Positions 34,429 to 45,900 are shown, counted from the first letter of the stretch. The stretch is DNA of 63,469 nucleotides from Kiritimatiellia bacterium (GCA_017509565.1 JAFWPM010000057.1:1-63469), one strand, 5' to 3'. Numbers and translations are program-made. Notes: a model not told the origin generated them from the letters alone.

Positions 34429-36069
34429 CTATGCCAGGCCGACCTGCTGCGCCACAAGCGCGTCCCCGCAGTAGGTCTTGCGGAGCTTGGGCTTCTCGAT
34501 CTTGCCCGTCGGGTTCCGCGGCACCGGCGCGAATATGTAGCGGCGCGAGCGCTTGTAGCGCGGCATGGCCTTGCAGAATTCCTCAAGCGCCTTTTCGTCC
34601 AGAGACGCGCCTTCCTTGACTTCGACGACCGCGGCGGCGATCTCGCCAAGCCTGGGGTCGGGGAGCCCGATGACCGCGACGTCCTTGATCGCGGGGTGGG
34701 CCCTCATGAAATCCTCGATCTGCACAGGGTAGATGTTCTCGCCGCCGGTTATGATTACATCCTTCTTCCGGTCAACGAGGTAGATGAAGCCCTCCCTGCT
34801 TGTCGCCATGTCGCCGGTGTAGAGCCAGCCGTCGGAGTCGAGGACGGCGTCGGTCGCGGCCTTGTCCTTGTAGTATTCGCGCATGACGCCGGGGCCGCGC
34901 ACGGCAAGCTCGCCCACCTCCCCGGCCGCCACTTCCTTCCTGTCAGGCCCGACGATCTTCGTCTCCCAGCGGTAGCCCGGAATGCCGATTGCGCCGACAT
35001 GCGCGACATTCCCCACGCCAAGATGGACGCACCCCGGCCCCGTCGATTCCGACAGCCCGTAGTTCGTGTCGTAGTCGTGGTGGGGGAATACCCTGAGCCA
35101 GCGCTGGATCAGGGATGGCGGCACAGGCTGCGCCCCGATGTGCATCAGGCGCCATTGGGCGAGCTCGTAGTCGCCAAGCTTCACTGCGCCGGAGTCGATC
35201 GCGTCGAGGATGTCCTGCGCCCACGGGACTAGCAGCCAGACGATCGTGCACTTCTCCTGGCTCACCGCGCGAAGTATCCATTCCGGCTTTACGCCGCGGA
35301 GGAGAACCGCCTTGCCGCCGGCGATGAAGCTCCCGAACCAGTGCATTTTGGCGCCGGTGTGGTAGAGCGGGGGAATGCAGAGGAACACGTCCTCGTGGGT
35401 CTGCCCATGGTGGCGCTGCTCCATTTCCGCCGATTGCGCGAGGCAGCGCTGCGTCAGGACAATCGCCTTGGGAAAGCCCGTCGTCCCGGACGAGAAGTAG
35501 ATGGCGGCATCGTCGTCGAGCGAAATGTCAATGGCGGGGCACCGGCTGGAGCAATATGAAACCAGGGCGTTGTAGGATTCGGCGAACGAAGGGCAGTCCT
35601 CGCCGACGTAGAGCCTGAGCCCGACTTTCGGGATGTTGTCGGAAATCCCCTCGACCCGCCCGGTGAATTCAGGGCCGAACACCAGGACCGACGCGTCGGC
35701 GAGGTCGAGGCAGTAGCGTATTTCCTCGGCCGTGTAGCGGTAGTTCAGCGGAACGGCCATGGCGCCGGTGCGGAGGACGCCGAAGTAAATGGGCAGCCAC
35801 TCCAGGCAGTTCATCAGGAGAATCGCGACCTTGTCGCCGCGCTTCACGTTGCGGGTGAGCAGGAAGTTGGCGAACCTGTTGGCCTTTTCCTCGAATTCCG
35901 CCCATGTCATTTCGCTCCGAAAAGCTTCAATTGGGCTGGATTCTATGAGGGAATACTCCTTCCACGTCGTGTGGCGCGCTTCCAGCTCCTGTGGGTTGAT
36001 TTCAACAAGCGCGACCTCGCTGCCGTATTTCGCCGCGTTGTTTTCAAGAATTTTGGTAATTGGTTCCAT
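34429..36069 (-). CDS. AMP-dependent acyl-CoA synthetase/ligase
   Basis: Contains YFSSGTTGFPKA, YGLSE, TGDMA, GGENIYP and PRNPTGKIEK. Confidence 0.8.
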   Translation of the reverse strand: MEPITKILENNAAKYGSEVALVEINPQELEARHTTWKEYSLIESSPIEAFRSEMTWAEFEEKANRFANFLLTRNVKRGDKVAILLMNCLEWLPIYFGVLRTGAMAVPLNYRYTAEEIRYCLDLADASVLVFGPEFTGRVEGISDNIPKVGLRLYVGEDCPSFAESYNALVSYCSSRCPAIDISLDDDAAIYFSSGTTGFPKAIVLTQRCLAQSAEMEQRHHGQTHEDVFLCIPPLYHTGAKMHWFGSFIAGGKAVLLRGVKPEWILRAVSQEKCTIVWLLVPWAQDILDAIDSGAVKLGDYELAQWRLMHIGAQPVPPSLIQRWLRVFPHHDYDTNYGLSESTGPGCVHLGVGNVAHVGAIGIPGYRWETKIVGPDRKEVAAGEVGELAVRGPGVMREYYKDKAATDAVLDSDGWLYTGDMATSREGFIYLVDRKKDVIITGGENIYPVQIEDFMRAHPAIKDVAVIGLPDPRLGEIAAAVVEVKEGASLDEKALEEFCKAMPRYKRSRRYIFAPVPRNPTGKIEKPKLRKTYCGDALVAQQVGLA

Positions 36070-36196
36070 GGCATTCCATTCTACAAAACCCCTCCCGCCC
36101 TGTCAATTCTTGCCACGGTGAATCCATCCACTTCATGCCGGCGACATCCTCTGCGGCGAACACTGCGAAGTGCAGGCGCTTCAGCCATGATCACGG

Positions 36197-37405
36197 CTAC
36201 ATGTCCTGGGCTTCGCGGTTTTTGCGGCGCCAGTGCAGCATGGTCGTGCCGGTGGCCCTCTTGAATATCTGCGACAGGTGGCTGTCGCTGGAGAACCCGG
36301 TGCGTTCCACTATTTCCCCGATTGTGAGGTTGTCCCCCGCAAGAAGCGACTTGACGCACTCGATGCGCTCGCTCATGAGTTCGTCGCGGATGGAGCGCCC
36401 GATGCGCTTCTGGAAGCGCAGCTCGAGGTAGCGGCGCGAGCAGCCTGCGGCGTGGACGATGTCCGCCACCGAGATGCCGCCGGTTTCGGCGTTGGCGCGT
36501 ATGAAGCGTATGGCTTTCGCGACGAACAGGTCGCTCATCGCGTCATAGCCCGTGGAGCCGCGCGTCACGACGGAAATCGGAGGCAGCGCAACGGCGCGCC
36601 TTTTGGGCTTGCGCCCGTGCATCAGGTCATCGAGCATCTCCGCCGCTATCCGCCCGCGCCGGTAGCCGCCCGTGTGGATGCTGGACAGGGGCGGAACGGT
36701 GGATTTGCACAGGAGAAGGTCGTTGTCCACGCCCAGCACGGCGATCTCCTCCGGCACCTTGACCCCGCCCATGAGGCAGGCCTCCAGCACGAGCCGCGCC
36801 CGCCCGTCCATCGGCGCGAAGAGGGCGGTGGGCTTCGACAGCCCGCGCAGGAAGCGGAGCAGGCTCCGGCGCTCGACCGCCCAGCTGCGCCTTTCTTCAT
36901 CGGTGAACGAGTCATGCACCGCGCAGTTGAAGCCGAATTTGGAAAGCGTCTCTGCGAAGCCGCGCCGCCGCTCCGCGTTCCAGAATTGTCCGAGCGGCTC
37001 GCCGACGAAGGCGAACGACCGGTAGCCGCGCTCGAGGTAGTAGCGGGCGGCCATCTCCCCGATGGCGAAGGAGTCGCGTCCGACCCACGGCACGTCCTGC
37101 ATCGGGAAGTCCGGCGCCAGCATGTCCGGGTTCGGCTCCACGAAGACGACCGGGGCGTGGAACGCGGCGATGTCGCGGACGCCTGGCCGCGTGAGGCCCG
37201 TGACGATCACACCGTCCGCGCCTCCGTCCTTCGCCAGGTCGAGCAGCTGTTCGCCGGGCCGGCCCTCCATGAACATGCAGAACCACGGCCCGTGCGCAGC
37301 GGCGTAGTCGAAGATGCCGCGCAACGTCGAGCGCGCGCCCTTGAGCGCCGTAGAGATGAAAATCGCTATTTTCGGTGTTTCCATCATGACTTTCAATTCT
37401 GGCAC
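36197..37405 (-). CDS. XylR-like transcription regulator (periplasmic-binding-protein-like sensor + AraC HTH)
   Basis: N-terminal sugar-binding-like fold. C-terminal AraC HTH includes YLELRFQKRIGRSIRDEL and GFSSDSHLSQIFKRATG. Divergent from the secreted-protein gene cluster. Confidence 0.8.
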   Translation of the reverse strand: MPELKVMMETPKIAIFISTALKGARSTLRGIFDYAAAHGPWFCMFMEGRPGEQLLDLAKDGGADGVIVTGLTRPGVRDIAAFHAPVVFVEPNPDMLAPDFPMQDVPWVGRDSFAIGEMAARYYLERGYRSFAFVGEPLGQFWNAERRRGFAETLSKFGFNCAVHDSFTDEERRSWAVERRSLLRFLRGLSKPTALFAPMDGRARLVLEACLMGGVKVPEEIAVLGVDNDLLLCKSTVPPLSSIHTGGYRRGRIAAEMLDDLMHGRKPKRRAVALPPISVVTRGSTGYDAMSDLFVAKAIRFIRANAETGGISVADIVHAAGCSRRYLELRFQKRIGRSIRDELMSERIECVKSLLAGDNLTIGEIVERTGFSSDSHLSQIFKRATGTTMLHWRRKNREAQDM

Positions 37406-37522
37406 AACCCGCGCTGGAAGTCAATCCTCATGCGCAAATTTGATGAAAATGATGCGCTAATCGCTATATTTTCCCTAGGGCCGGAATCGTATAATGAATG
37501 CTGAAAACTAGGAGAAAACACT

Positions 37523-40303
37523 ATGGCAAACTCGTCGCGATTCACGTCAACACCCTCCGCAGCCGCCACCCGCGTGGCCGCAACGGCAAAAACACTGCTT
37601 CGACCTACCCTCGCCCTTGCGTTTGCGGCGCTGGGGACCGCCAGCGCCGCCGTCCCGTACGCGAACGACTTCGCGACCCGCTCCTCGGGCCCTGCGCCGT
37701 CCGACCGCTGGATGGAGGCGGCGTATGTCCCCGGCGCGCTCGCCCGCCGGCTGGCGAGCGACACTGTGAACGCCGTCTCGCCCTACGCAGGCGACTGCCA
37801 GGACGGCTGGGCCGCGAAAAAGGGATGGTCGAACGGCGCCGTCGCGTACACCGTCGCCGCCGACAACGGCAACCAGGGGCTTCTCGCCAATGGCACCGGC
37901 AACTCATACGCGAACTCGTCTTCCGTCATTGTGCAGCCTTTCGGCAACGAGTTCGCGACGGGGACGCTCAAGCTCTCGGTCGATGTCCGCACCCCGGCGC
38001 AGACGGCCTGCCTCAATCCCACTGGCAACGCCTTCGCGATGCTCGCCCCCGTGTTCAAGTCGGCGCTCGACATCACCTCGACGTCATTTCAGCATCCGAT
38101 GCGCTTCGGCCCGGGAAGCATGTCAAACGGGAGCGAATGGCTGCTGAAGGCCTTGTCGCGCGGCAAGACCTCGGCATCGGCCGGCGACTCCAACTTCGGC
38201 CAATACGACACGCGCAACGCCATTGGGGCGGGGACATGGATCCGCTACGAGGCAATCCTCAACCTTGACGCCGGCACATACACCGCGACATTCGCCAACC
38301 TCGGCACGATGCACCCAACGGCGGCCGCCGCAGCAGGGACGACCTACGACTTCCGCACATACGAGCCTGGCGGTGGCGGCTCCGCCGCCCCGACGACTCT
38401 CTACTTCGACACCGCGATGTCCGACATGACGGGCGGCGTAGCCGGACTGGCCTTCTGGACGCAGGGCCTCAAGCTGGCGGCGGACGCCGCCGACGCGCCG
38501 ATGTTCGACAACGTCCGCGTCTGGCACGACGGCGACCTCGTCTACGAGAACGACTTCGCGACGCGCCGCTACCGCCAGGTCGAACCCGCCGCCACAACCG
38601 CCGGCGCCTACGCGCTTTCGCCGACCACGAACTCCGTCTCCTCCGTCAGCTATGACCATGGCACGTGGGAGAACAACTACGGCGTTGGCGAGTCCAGCTG
38701 TGGGGAATTCCTGCCCGCCACCGGCTCAAACGGCGCCGAGTGCTTTGGCGTGGACGGCTGGCACCGTCGCGCGGGCGGCGCGGGCTTCTCGCTGCTCGAC
38801 CCTAACAAGAACGGCGGCTACGGCTGGAACAACGGCGCTATGCTGCGCGTCACGAAGAAGAGCACGCTCGGCGTCGCCGCGGTCCCGCTCGGAACGACCG
38901 TCACGAATGGCAAGGTCCGCCTCTACTTCGACCTCTTCCCCGGCCGCAAGACGGTGATGGGAAGCTACACCGAGGCCTTCGCCATGTGCTTCCTCTCAGG
39001 TGGTGGCATGGGGACGGCCACCTACACCGGCTCCACCTCCCGCGATACGATATGGAAGGGCAAGGCCGTCTGCGGCGCGGGATACTATGCGAACGGGTCG
39101 GCGAACAATGAATACAACCCCGGCAACATCTGCTATGGCGCGGGAACGCTCAAGGCGAACTACTCGCCATCCACCGCAGCCTCGATGTGCAACTGGCACC
39201 GCTATGTCGTCACCGCCGACCTTGGCGCCAAGACCTACAAGATGTCCGTCTATATGCTAGGCAGAACCGGTCAATCCATGGACTATGACATTTCTGGGCT
39301 TTCGCCCGTCGCGGAAGGCACGACCGGCTTCATGACCGACGCGCCTGCTAGCGTTGACTCCCTCTTCATCGCCTCGCAGGGCCACGGCGACTACAACGCC
39401 TACGGTTCGCAAACCATCAACGGCGTCGATTACAATTTTGGCAAATTTCCCTGCTTCGACAACCTCCGCGTCTGCCTGGTGAACGACGACGGCTCCGACG
39501 GTCTCGACCTCTTCCGCTGCGACTTCAGCGACAGCGTCCGCGCCGCAGTCCACGCCGCCGCGCCGCTGAAGACAGGCATCGGCCTTGAAGGCGCGGACCG
39601 CTGGACGGCGCGCGGCACGGCACACGGGGCCATCTCCGTCATGAATGACGGAACGGAGAACAATGCCGCCGTTCTCGCCGGTTCCTCCGGCGGCGCGGGC
39701 TTTGCCGTGCAGCCATTCGGCTTCATGTCAAAGGGCGCTGCATCGGCCACGTTCGCGGCTGACATCCGTCCCCCGAAATACTGGTCGCTTCCCGGGGGCC
39801 AGGCCTTCGTCGAAGTCGGCGGCGACGCCTACTACCAGGGCGTCTCCACCCCGGCCGGCGACTGGCGCGCCACCGCGCCGCACCTCTCCTTCGGATTTAC
39901 CTGCGACACGACAACGAAGTCTTTCGGCCGCTACGAGTCGCTTAAGTTCGCAGCCGGGACGCAGGCCGGACTCTGCGCGCCAACGGAAACGTCGGAGGTC
40001 GATTCCATGCACTGGTACCGCTTCCGCGTCAAGGCGGAACCGTCCGCCGGCAGTTTCTCCGTCCGCGTCTATGACCAGGGGACCGCTCGTCCCGCCCCAG
40101 ACTCCGCCGACGGCACGCCAGTCGCGACTTTCTCCAATGTCGCGCTTCCGGCCTTCGGACCCGGGGGCATGACCACTTTCGGACTCGGTGGAAGCGGCAT
40201 CCCCGCCACGTATGGCGGTGGCCTCGACGATCCGACTGTCGCGCTGGTGGACAACCTCTCGGCCGATGTCAAATCCGCCGGCACCTTCTATTTCTTGCGG
40301 TAG
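37523..40303 (+). CDS. Secreted hypothetical protein, 926 aa, three divergent ~300-aa modules
   Basis: AGGAG RBS upstream. N-terminal hydrophobic signal-like region LALAFAALGTASAA. Recurrent Y(A/E)NDFATR and CDFSD module starts. Ends in GTFYFLR. Confidence 0.65.
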   Translation: MANSSRFTSTPSAAATRVAATAKTLLRPTLALAFAALGTASAAVPYANDFATRSSGPAPSDRWMEAAYVPGALARRLASDTVNAVSPYAGDCQDGWAAKKGWSNGAVAYTVAADNGNQGLLANGTGNSYANSSSVIVQPFGNEFATGTLKLSVDVRTPAQTACLNPTGNAFAMLAPVFKSALDITSTSFQHPMRFGPGSMSNGSEWLLKALSRGKTSASAGDSNFGQYDTRNAIGAGTWIRYEAILNLDAGTYTATFANLGTMHPTAAAAAGTTYDFRTYEPGGGGSAAPTTLYFDTAMSDMTGGVAGLAFWTQGLKLAADAADAPMFDNVRVWHDGDLVYENDFATRRYRQVEPAATTAGAYALSPTTNSVSSVSYDHGTWENNYGVGESSCGEFLPATGSNGAECFGVDGWHRRAGGAGFSLLDPNKNGGYGWNNGAMLRVTKKSTLGVAAVPLGTTVTNGKVRLYFDLFPGRKTVMGSYTEAFAMCFLSGGGMGTATYTGSTSRDTIWKGKAVCGAGYYANGSANNEYNPGNICYGAGTLKANYSPSTAASMCNWHRYVVTADLGAKTYKMSVYMLGRTGQSMDYDISGLSPVAEGTTGFMTDAPASVDSLFIASQGHGDYNAYGSQTINGVDYNFGKFPCFDNLRVCLVNDDGSDGLDLFRCDFSDSVRAAVHAAAPLKTGIGLEGADRWTARGTAHGAISVMNDGTENNAAVLAGSSGGAGFAVQPFGFMSKGAASATFAADIRPPKYWSLPGGQAFVEVGGDAYYQGVSTPAGDWRATAPHLSFGFTCDTTTKSFGRYESLKFAAGTQAGLCAPTETSEVDSMHWYRFRVKAEPSAGSFSVRVYDQGTARPAPDSADGTPVATFSNVALPAFGPGGMTTFGLGGSGIPATYGGGLDDPTVALVDNLSADVKSAGTFYFLR

Positions 40304-40366
40304 CGCCCTGCCGCCGAGCAACTCCCCAACTCACAACTCATAACTCACAACTAGCACCCACCCCCC

Positions 40367-42952
40367 ATGAAAACAATCGTCTCCCGTCTCATGTCTATCG
40401 TTCCTGCAGCGCTCGTGGCGCTGCACGCAACCAGCGCCGCCGCCCGCACCGTCTCCGTTGCCTCCGTAGGCGAAACCGGCGCGGCGCTCCTCTTCGGCGA
40501 CGCCGACGGCAAGGCATACCAGCTCGCCGTCTGCTACGGCGACGAGGACGGCGGCGCCACCACAGCCGGCTGGGACACCTGCGAAATCCTCGGCGCCATC
40601 GGCGCGGCCGAAACCTCTCGCACCGTCGCCCTACCCGCAGGCTGGGGCTCGACCGTCACGCATCTGCGCTACTTCCTGCTAACCCGCCCCTACGCGGCCG
40701 ACCTTGAGTTTATCGGAACCAGCAACAAAAACACCCCCGCAGGCGTGTATTTCGACTCCGGCGTAAAGGCCAGGGACGGTACGAGGATGGTCGCCGAACT
40801 GATGGTCTATTCCGACTCCGGCAACAAGGAGTTCTGCGGTACCCAAAAGGGCAGCGACTACTTCCGCCTCTACGGCGTAAACGGAACGGGGCAGCGTCTA
40901 GGCTACTGCGGCAGCGGGGCGTCAATCAACGGGTCATCGTATCCAATCGACAAGACAAGCCTGTTCAAGATCACCACGACCCTCGCCGCCGGAAGCCAGT
41001 CGATCTCGTGTCAGAAGTCGACGAACGGCGGCTCAAGCTGGAGCAGCTACGGCAGCCGGACCGACACCCAGGCCGGCCCCGTGGACTGGAACCTCAATCT
41101 CTTCATCCTTGCAATCAACCACGACGGCGTTGCGGAGTACGAGGCCGCGATGAAGCTCTACGCCCTCGCGCTCTACTCCGACGGCAACTACACGACCCCG
41201 GTCCGCGACTTCGTGCCGGTTCTTGACGAAAACGGCGTCGCTTGCCTCTACGACAAGATGACAGGCGGCTTCTTCTACAATCAGGGCACCAGCAATCCAA
41301 CGCAGGGAACCGCGACGGCCAAGGCCTACGATGTCGTCGCGGCTTCGAGCGCGACGGTCACTTCGGCACCGCGCTCCGTGACAGTCCTCTCAACTTCAGG
41401 GGGATCGGCCACCCTCGCATTCGGTGCTGCGGACGGCAAGGCATACCAGCTCGCCGTCTGCTACGGTGACGAAGACGGCGGCGCGGACACGAACGCATGG
41501 GACTCGTTCGAGATCCTCGGCGCCGTCGGCGCGGCCGAGACCTCGCGCGCCGTCGCCCTCCCCGCAGGCTGGGGAGGCGCCGTCAAATATGTCCGCTACT
41601 TCCTGCTATCCCGCACCTACGCGGCCGGCCTGGAGTTCATCGGGACTGACAGCAAAAACACACCCGCACACGTGTTTTTCGACTCCGGCGTAAAGGCGAA
41701 GGACGGCACGAAGATGGTCGCCGAACTGATGGTTTATTCCGACTCCGGCAACAAGGAGTTCTGCGGCGCCCAAAACGGAAGCGACGTATTTCGCCTCTAC
41801 GGCGTAAACGGAAAGACCCAGCGTCTAGGCTACTGCGGAAGCGGCGCCACAATCAACGCGTCTTCGTATCCTATCGACAAGACGAGCCGTTTCAAGATCA
41901 CCACGACCCTAGATGCCGGAAGCCAGTCGATCTCATGCCAGAAATCGACTAACGGCGGCTCGACCTGGAGCAGCTACGGCAGCCGCACCGACACCCAGGC
42001 GGGGCCAGTGGACTGGGACCTCAACCTCTACATTCTTGCAGCCAACTCCAATGGCGCGGCGATAGCCGAGGCCGCGATGAAACTCTACACCCTCGCGCTC
42101 TACTCCGACGGAGACTACACGACCCCGGTCCGCGACTTCGTGCCGGTTCTTGACGAAAACGGTGTCGCCTGCCTCTACGACAAGGTGACCGGCGGCTTCT
42201 TCTACAATCAGGGCGCCAGCAATCCAACGCATGGAACAGCGACGACCAAGGCGCTTTCAGTTGCCTCGTCGAGCGAAACAGCCGACTGCAACGTTCCGGT
42301 TGCGCGGCTCGCCTACGTTCAGTCCGACGGCGCGGATGACTTCCTGAATCTCGGCGTAATAGCCAGGGACGGCACGAAAATGGTCGCCGAAATGGAATGG
42401 CTCTCCACGTCCGGCGCCCCGGTCTTCTGCGGGGCGGCGACGAACACCTCAAACGGCCTCTTCTGGCTCTACGGCCGCAATTCGACGACCCAGCGCATGG
42501 GCTATCTCGGCGACGCCGCCACAATCAACGGCTCTTCCTATCCCGTTGCGTCGGACGAGAAATACCGCATCACGACGACCCTCGACGCCGGAGCGCAGAC
42601 TGTGGCGTGCGAGCGCCAGATTGATGGCGCATGGGCCACATACGGCAGCCGCTCAACCGATACCTCCGGCCCGCTTGACACCGGTCTTCCGCTCTATCTC
42701 TTCGCCGACAACGTGAACGGCACGGCGGAGGCCTTTTCAAAGGCCCGCCTCTATTCGCTCAAGCTCTGGCAGAAGGACGGCAACGGCGACTACCAGCTCG
42801 TGCGCTATCTCGTCCCGGCGAAGACCCCGGACGGCGAGGCTGCGCTCTGGGACCGCGTGGGCGAGATATGGTTCCGCAACGGCGGAACTGGCGCCCTCTC
42901 CGCCGGCGCCGAATCGCCCTGGAGCAGCGGCCTCGTGATAGGGTTCTGGTGA
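40367..42952 (+). CDS. Secreted repeat protein, 861 aa (2.5 copies of a ~309-aa module)
   Basis: Signal peptide MKTIVSRLMSIVPAALVALHATSAAA. Modules end in KLYxLxLYSDG..TPVRDFVPVLDENGVACLYDK.TGGFFYNQG. Ends in GLVIGFW. Confidence 0.75.
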   Translation: MKTIVSRLMSIVPAALVALHATSAAARTVSVASVGETGAALLFGDADGKAYQLAVCYGDEDGGATTAGWDTCEILGAIGAAETSRTVALPAGWGSTVTHLRYFLLTRPYAADLEFIGTSNKNTPAGVYFDSGVKARDGTRMVAELMVYSDSGNKEFCGTQKGSDYFRLYGVNGTGQRLGYCGSGASINGSSYPIDKTSLFKITTTLAAGSQSISCQKSTNGGSSWSSYGSRTDTQAGPVDWNLNLFILAINHDGVAEYEAAMKLYALALYSDGNYTTPVRDFVPVLDENGVACLYDKMTGGFFYNQGTSNPTQGTATAKAYDVVAASSATVTSAPRSVTVLSTSGGSATLAFGAADGKAYQLAVCYGDEDGGADTNAWDSFEILGAVGAAETSRAVALPAGWGGAVKYVRYFLLSRTYAAGLEFIGTDSKNTPAHVFFDSGVKAKDGTKMVAELMVYSDSGNKEFCGAQNGSDVFRLYGVNGKTQRLGYCGSGATINASSYPIDKTSRFKITTTLDAGSQSISCQKSTNGGSTWSSYGSRTDTQAGPVDWDLNLYILAANSNGAAIAEAAMKLYTLALYSDGDYTTPVRDFVPVLDENGVACLYDKVTGGFFYNQGASNPTHGTATTKALSVASSSETADCNVPVARLAYVQSDGADDFLNLGVIARDGTKMVAEMEWLSTSGAPVFCGAATNTSNGLFWLYGRNSTTQRMGYLGDAATINGSSYPVASDEKYRITTTLDAGAQTVACERQIDGAWATYGSRSTDTSGPLDTGLPLYLFADNVNGTAEAFSKARLYSLKLWQKDGNGDYQLVRYLVPAKTPDGEAALWDRVGEIWFRNGGTGALSAGAESPWSSGLVIGFW
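40445..42298 (+). repeat. In-frame 927-bp tandem duplication (two copies) inside the 861-aa gene
   Basis: GGCAAGGCATACCAGCTCGCC occurs at 40508 and 41435, an offset of 927 bp or 309 codons. The copies stay collinear and are mostly identical by eye across the whole unit. Confidence 0.85.
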
Positions 42953-42963
42953 GAACGCAATTC

Positions 42964-45900
42964 ATGAAAACCATCGCGGCCATTGCGGCAGCTCTGTTCG
43001 TGTCCTTGGCCACCTCCGCCTCGATCCCCGACCTCCGGTGGTCGCTGGAGAGGGGCGCGGAAATCTCCGGCTCGACGCTCGTCGTGGATCTGCTGGACGG
43101 CTCGACAAACCGCGCGTTCGGGATGACAAGCGTCGATGTCTCGGATTGCCTTGGCGAAGACTCCGGCGCGCGGTTTGACTTCCGCGTCCGCGCACAGGAC
43201 GTCTCGGAGCCGGCGGCCGATCACAACGGCGTCAAGGTGATGCTCATCTACACGACGGACACCGGCTCCACCCTGTATCCGCAGTGCTACCTGCCGCGCG
43301 GCACCTTTGGCTGGACAAACTGCTCCCTCCACGTGAACTGGCTGCGGGGCGTCCCGGCGGATGGCCGCCTCACCATCGCCCTTGGGCTTCAGGGCAGCAC
43401 CGGCCGCGCCGAGTTCGACCTCTCCGCCCTCTCCCTCTCCGCCGAGCCGCTCGGCCTCGAACGCACCAACCAGAACTATGTAGTGCGATATCCGTCCGCC
43501 GAAGGGGGCACTGGGGAGGCATTCCAACGCCCCTTGCGCGGCTTCAACACCGCCAACCGCATCCTCACCGAGGCGGATATGCGCGACATGCGGGCCCTCG
43601 GCGCAACGCTGCTGCGTTTCCAGATGACCCGCAGCGGCAAGAACGACGACCTCGACGAATACGCCGCATGGGTTGATTCGCGTCTCGACAACCTCGTCGA
43701 CGTCCTCGGCTGGGCCGGCGAACTCGGCATGAAGGTGTGCGTGGATTTACACGTCGTCCCAGGCGGCCAAGACAACATGGCCGAGCAGAACCTCTTCCAC
43801 GACCAGACGTGGCTGGACGCCTACATCGCCACCTGGGAGCGCATAGCGCGGCGCTGCGTGGCCGCGCAAACGTCGGGCCTTTACGGCTACGACCTCATCA
43901 ACGAGCCCTACCAGATAAGCCCCGCCGCCGTCGCCTCCTACTGGGAGGTCCAGCGCCGCGCCGCCGAGGCCATCCGCGCCATCGACCCCTACACGCCCAT
44001 CATCGTGGAGAGCAACGGCAAGGACGGCGCGTCGGCCTTCTCCTATCTCTCGCCGCTTGCAATGGACAACGTAATCTACCAGGTCCACGTATATGCGCCG
44101 TCGGCCTACACGCACCAGGGCAGTAACGGTCGCGCCGCCCTGCCAGACGTCCGCTGGCCAGACGCCTCGCGCGGCTGGGACGCCGACTACCTCCGCCAAG
44201 TCCTGGAACCCGTGCGGGAATTCCAGGCAAGGCACAAGTGCCGCATATTCGTTGGCGAATTCTCGGCCGTCGCCTGGGCGAATGGCGCCGAAAACTGGCT
44301 CAGGGACAGCATCGACCTCTTCGAGGAATACGGCTGGGACTGGGCCTACCACGCCTTCCGCGAATGGCGTGGGTGGGACTTGGATTACGCCGGAACCACC
44401 CCGGACGCCGCAACCCTCCGATACGCGCCCGACAATCCGCGCAAGCGCGTCGTTGCCGATTCCATGCTCCTTGCCCCCGACACGCCGTGGTTCTCAGCCG
44501 CGTTCTCCAATGGCGTCGCCTCCGCTGTGGGGGGCGTCTGGAGCGAGTTCGCGGGCGGCGACGGCGAGTTCGCCGCCCTGCGCGGCAGGGAGGGTGTGGT
44601 GCGCCTCGCGACTGTGGTTGAGCCGCAATGCGGCGTCCTGCCTTCCAAGCTCACCGGGCTCCTGGCCTCCGCCGTCGCGCGCGGCCAGCTCGCCTCCACG
44701 GCTTTCGTCGAGGAGGACGACGGCTCGCTATCCCTGCGCTGCCTCGTGGCGGAGGATGGACAGGCCAAATGGCTGCCGCTGGAAGGGTTTTCGCTACACG
44801 CCGCCGAGGCGTATCAGGACGGTCCCACCGTCCTTGTCGTAGCCGAAGTCGCCTGCACCGGCGGAGTCGCCCGCGTGAGGTATGCGGCAACCAAAACCGG
44901 GGCTTCGGGCGCTACCTCCGCGCTTTGCCGCCTCCGCTCCGCCACCGGCGAAACCTGGTTCGATTCCCCGTGCGGCCAAGGAGGCAGCCCTGGGCTGGTT
45001 GCGGGCCGCGTGGCCGTCTCGGAGCCGCGCGCCCTCTCCTCGCTCACGGGGATTGCTTCCGGCGGCACCGACAACTCGCCCGCGCTTGCCTTCGGCGCCA
45101 TCGGCGAAGGCACAGCCCCCGACGGCTCCGGCGGCACTGTCTGCGTGGAGGTGCTTGATGCCGCGCCGGGGATTCCATCCAGCGCAAGGCTGCGCCTTAC
45201 ACTGTCCGAAGCCGACTCCGGGACGGGCCAGACATTGGCCTTCATCGACCAACCATTCACCGGCGACGGCACCTACCGTTTCGACACCGCCGGCGTCCTC
45301 GACGCCGCAGCCCTCGCCGGCGGCACCTACTACCCCTACGAAATATCGCTCGTAGATGCAGCAGGGGCCAAGATTCAGGAAGCGCCATCACACGGCGGAA
45401 CACTGCGCATCGCCGCCGACGTCCCGTGGTTCTCCGCCGACGCCGCAACCGGCGCCGTGAAGGGCGGCGCGTGGGTCTCCGGGGGCGCGGGCGGCCCGCC
45501 GGCGGTTGCCTCCGGCGCGTGGCAAATTACGCCAGATCGCGACGCCACATTCCAGGCCCGTTCCCCACGCGGCGGCTGCCCGCGCGTGGAAATGGCCCTC
45601 TCCCCCTGCGGCGGCCATCTGCCATCGAAACTATCCAATCTTCTCGCCGTCTCCGTGGCTCGCGGCGACCGCGCCGCCCTCGTGACCGTCGAGGAGTATG
45701 ACGGCTCGCTCTCCCTGCGCGGTCTCGCGCTCGTCGATGGCGAACCAGCGTGGGTGGCCCTGGGTGGTGGGGCGAGTTCTCCGAACGAGCCGCTTCGCTT
45801 CGCCGTCGAATTCGACCTCTCCGGCACGACACCGATGGTTAGCTACCTGGCCTCCTCCGGGAGTTCGCAAGGTGGGGTGAGCTCTCCGAGCGAGCCGCTC

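Noticed and set aside
44957-44967. GGTTCGATTCC, a tRNA T-arm-like motif.
   Set aside because: It lies inside the well-supported GH5 coding frame, and I could not build an acceptor, D or anticodon stem around it. No tRNA is called.
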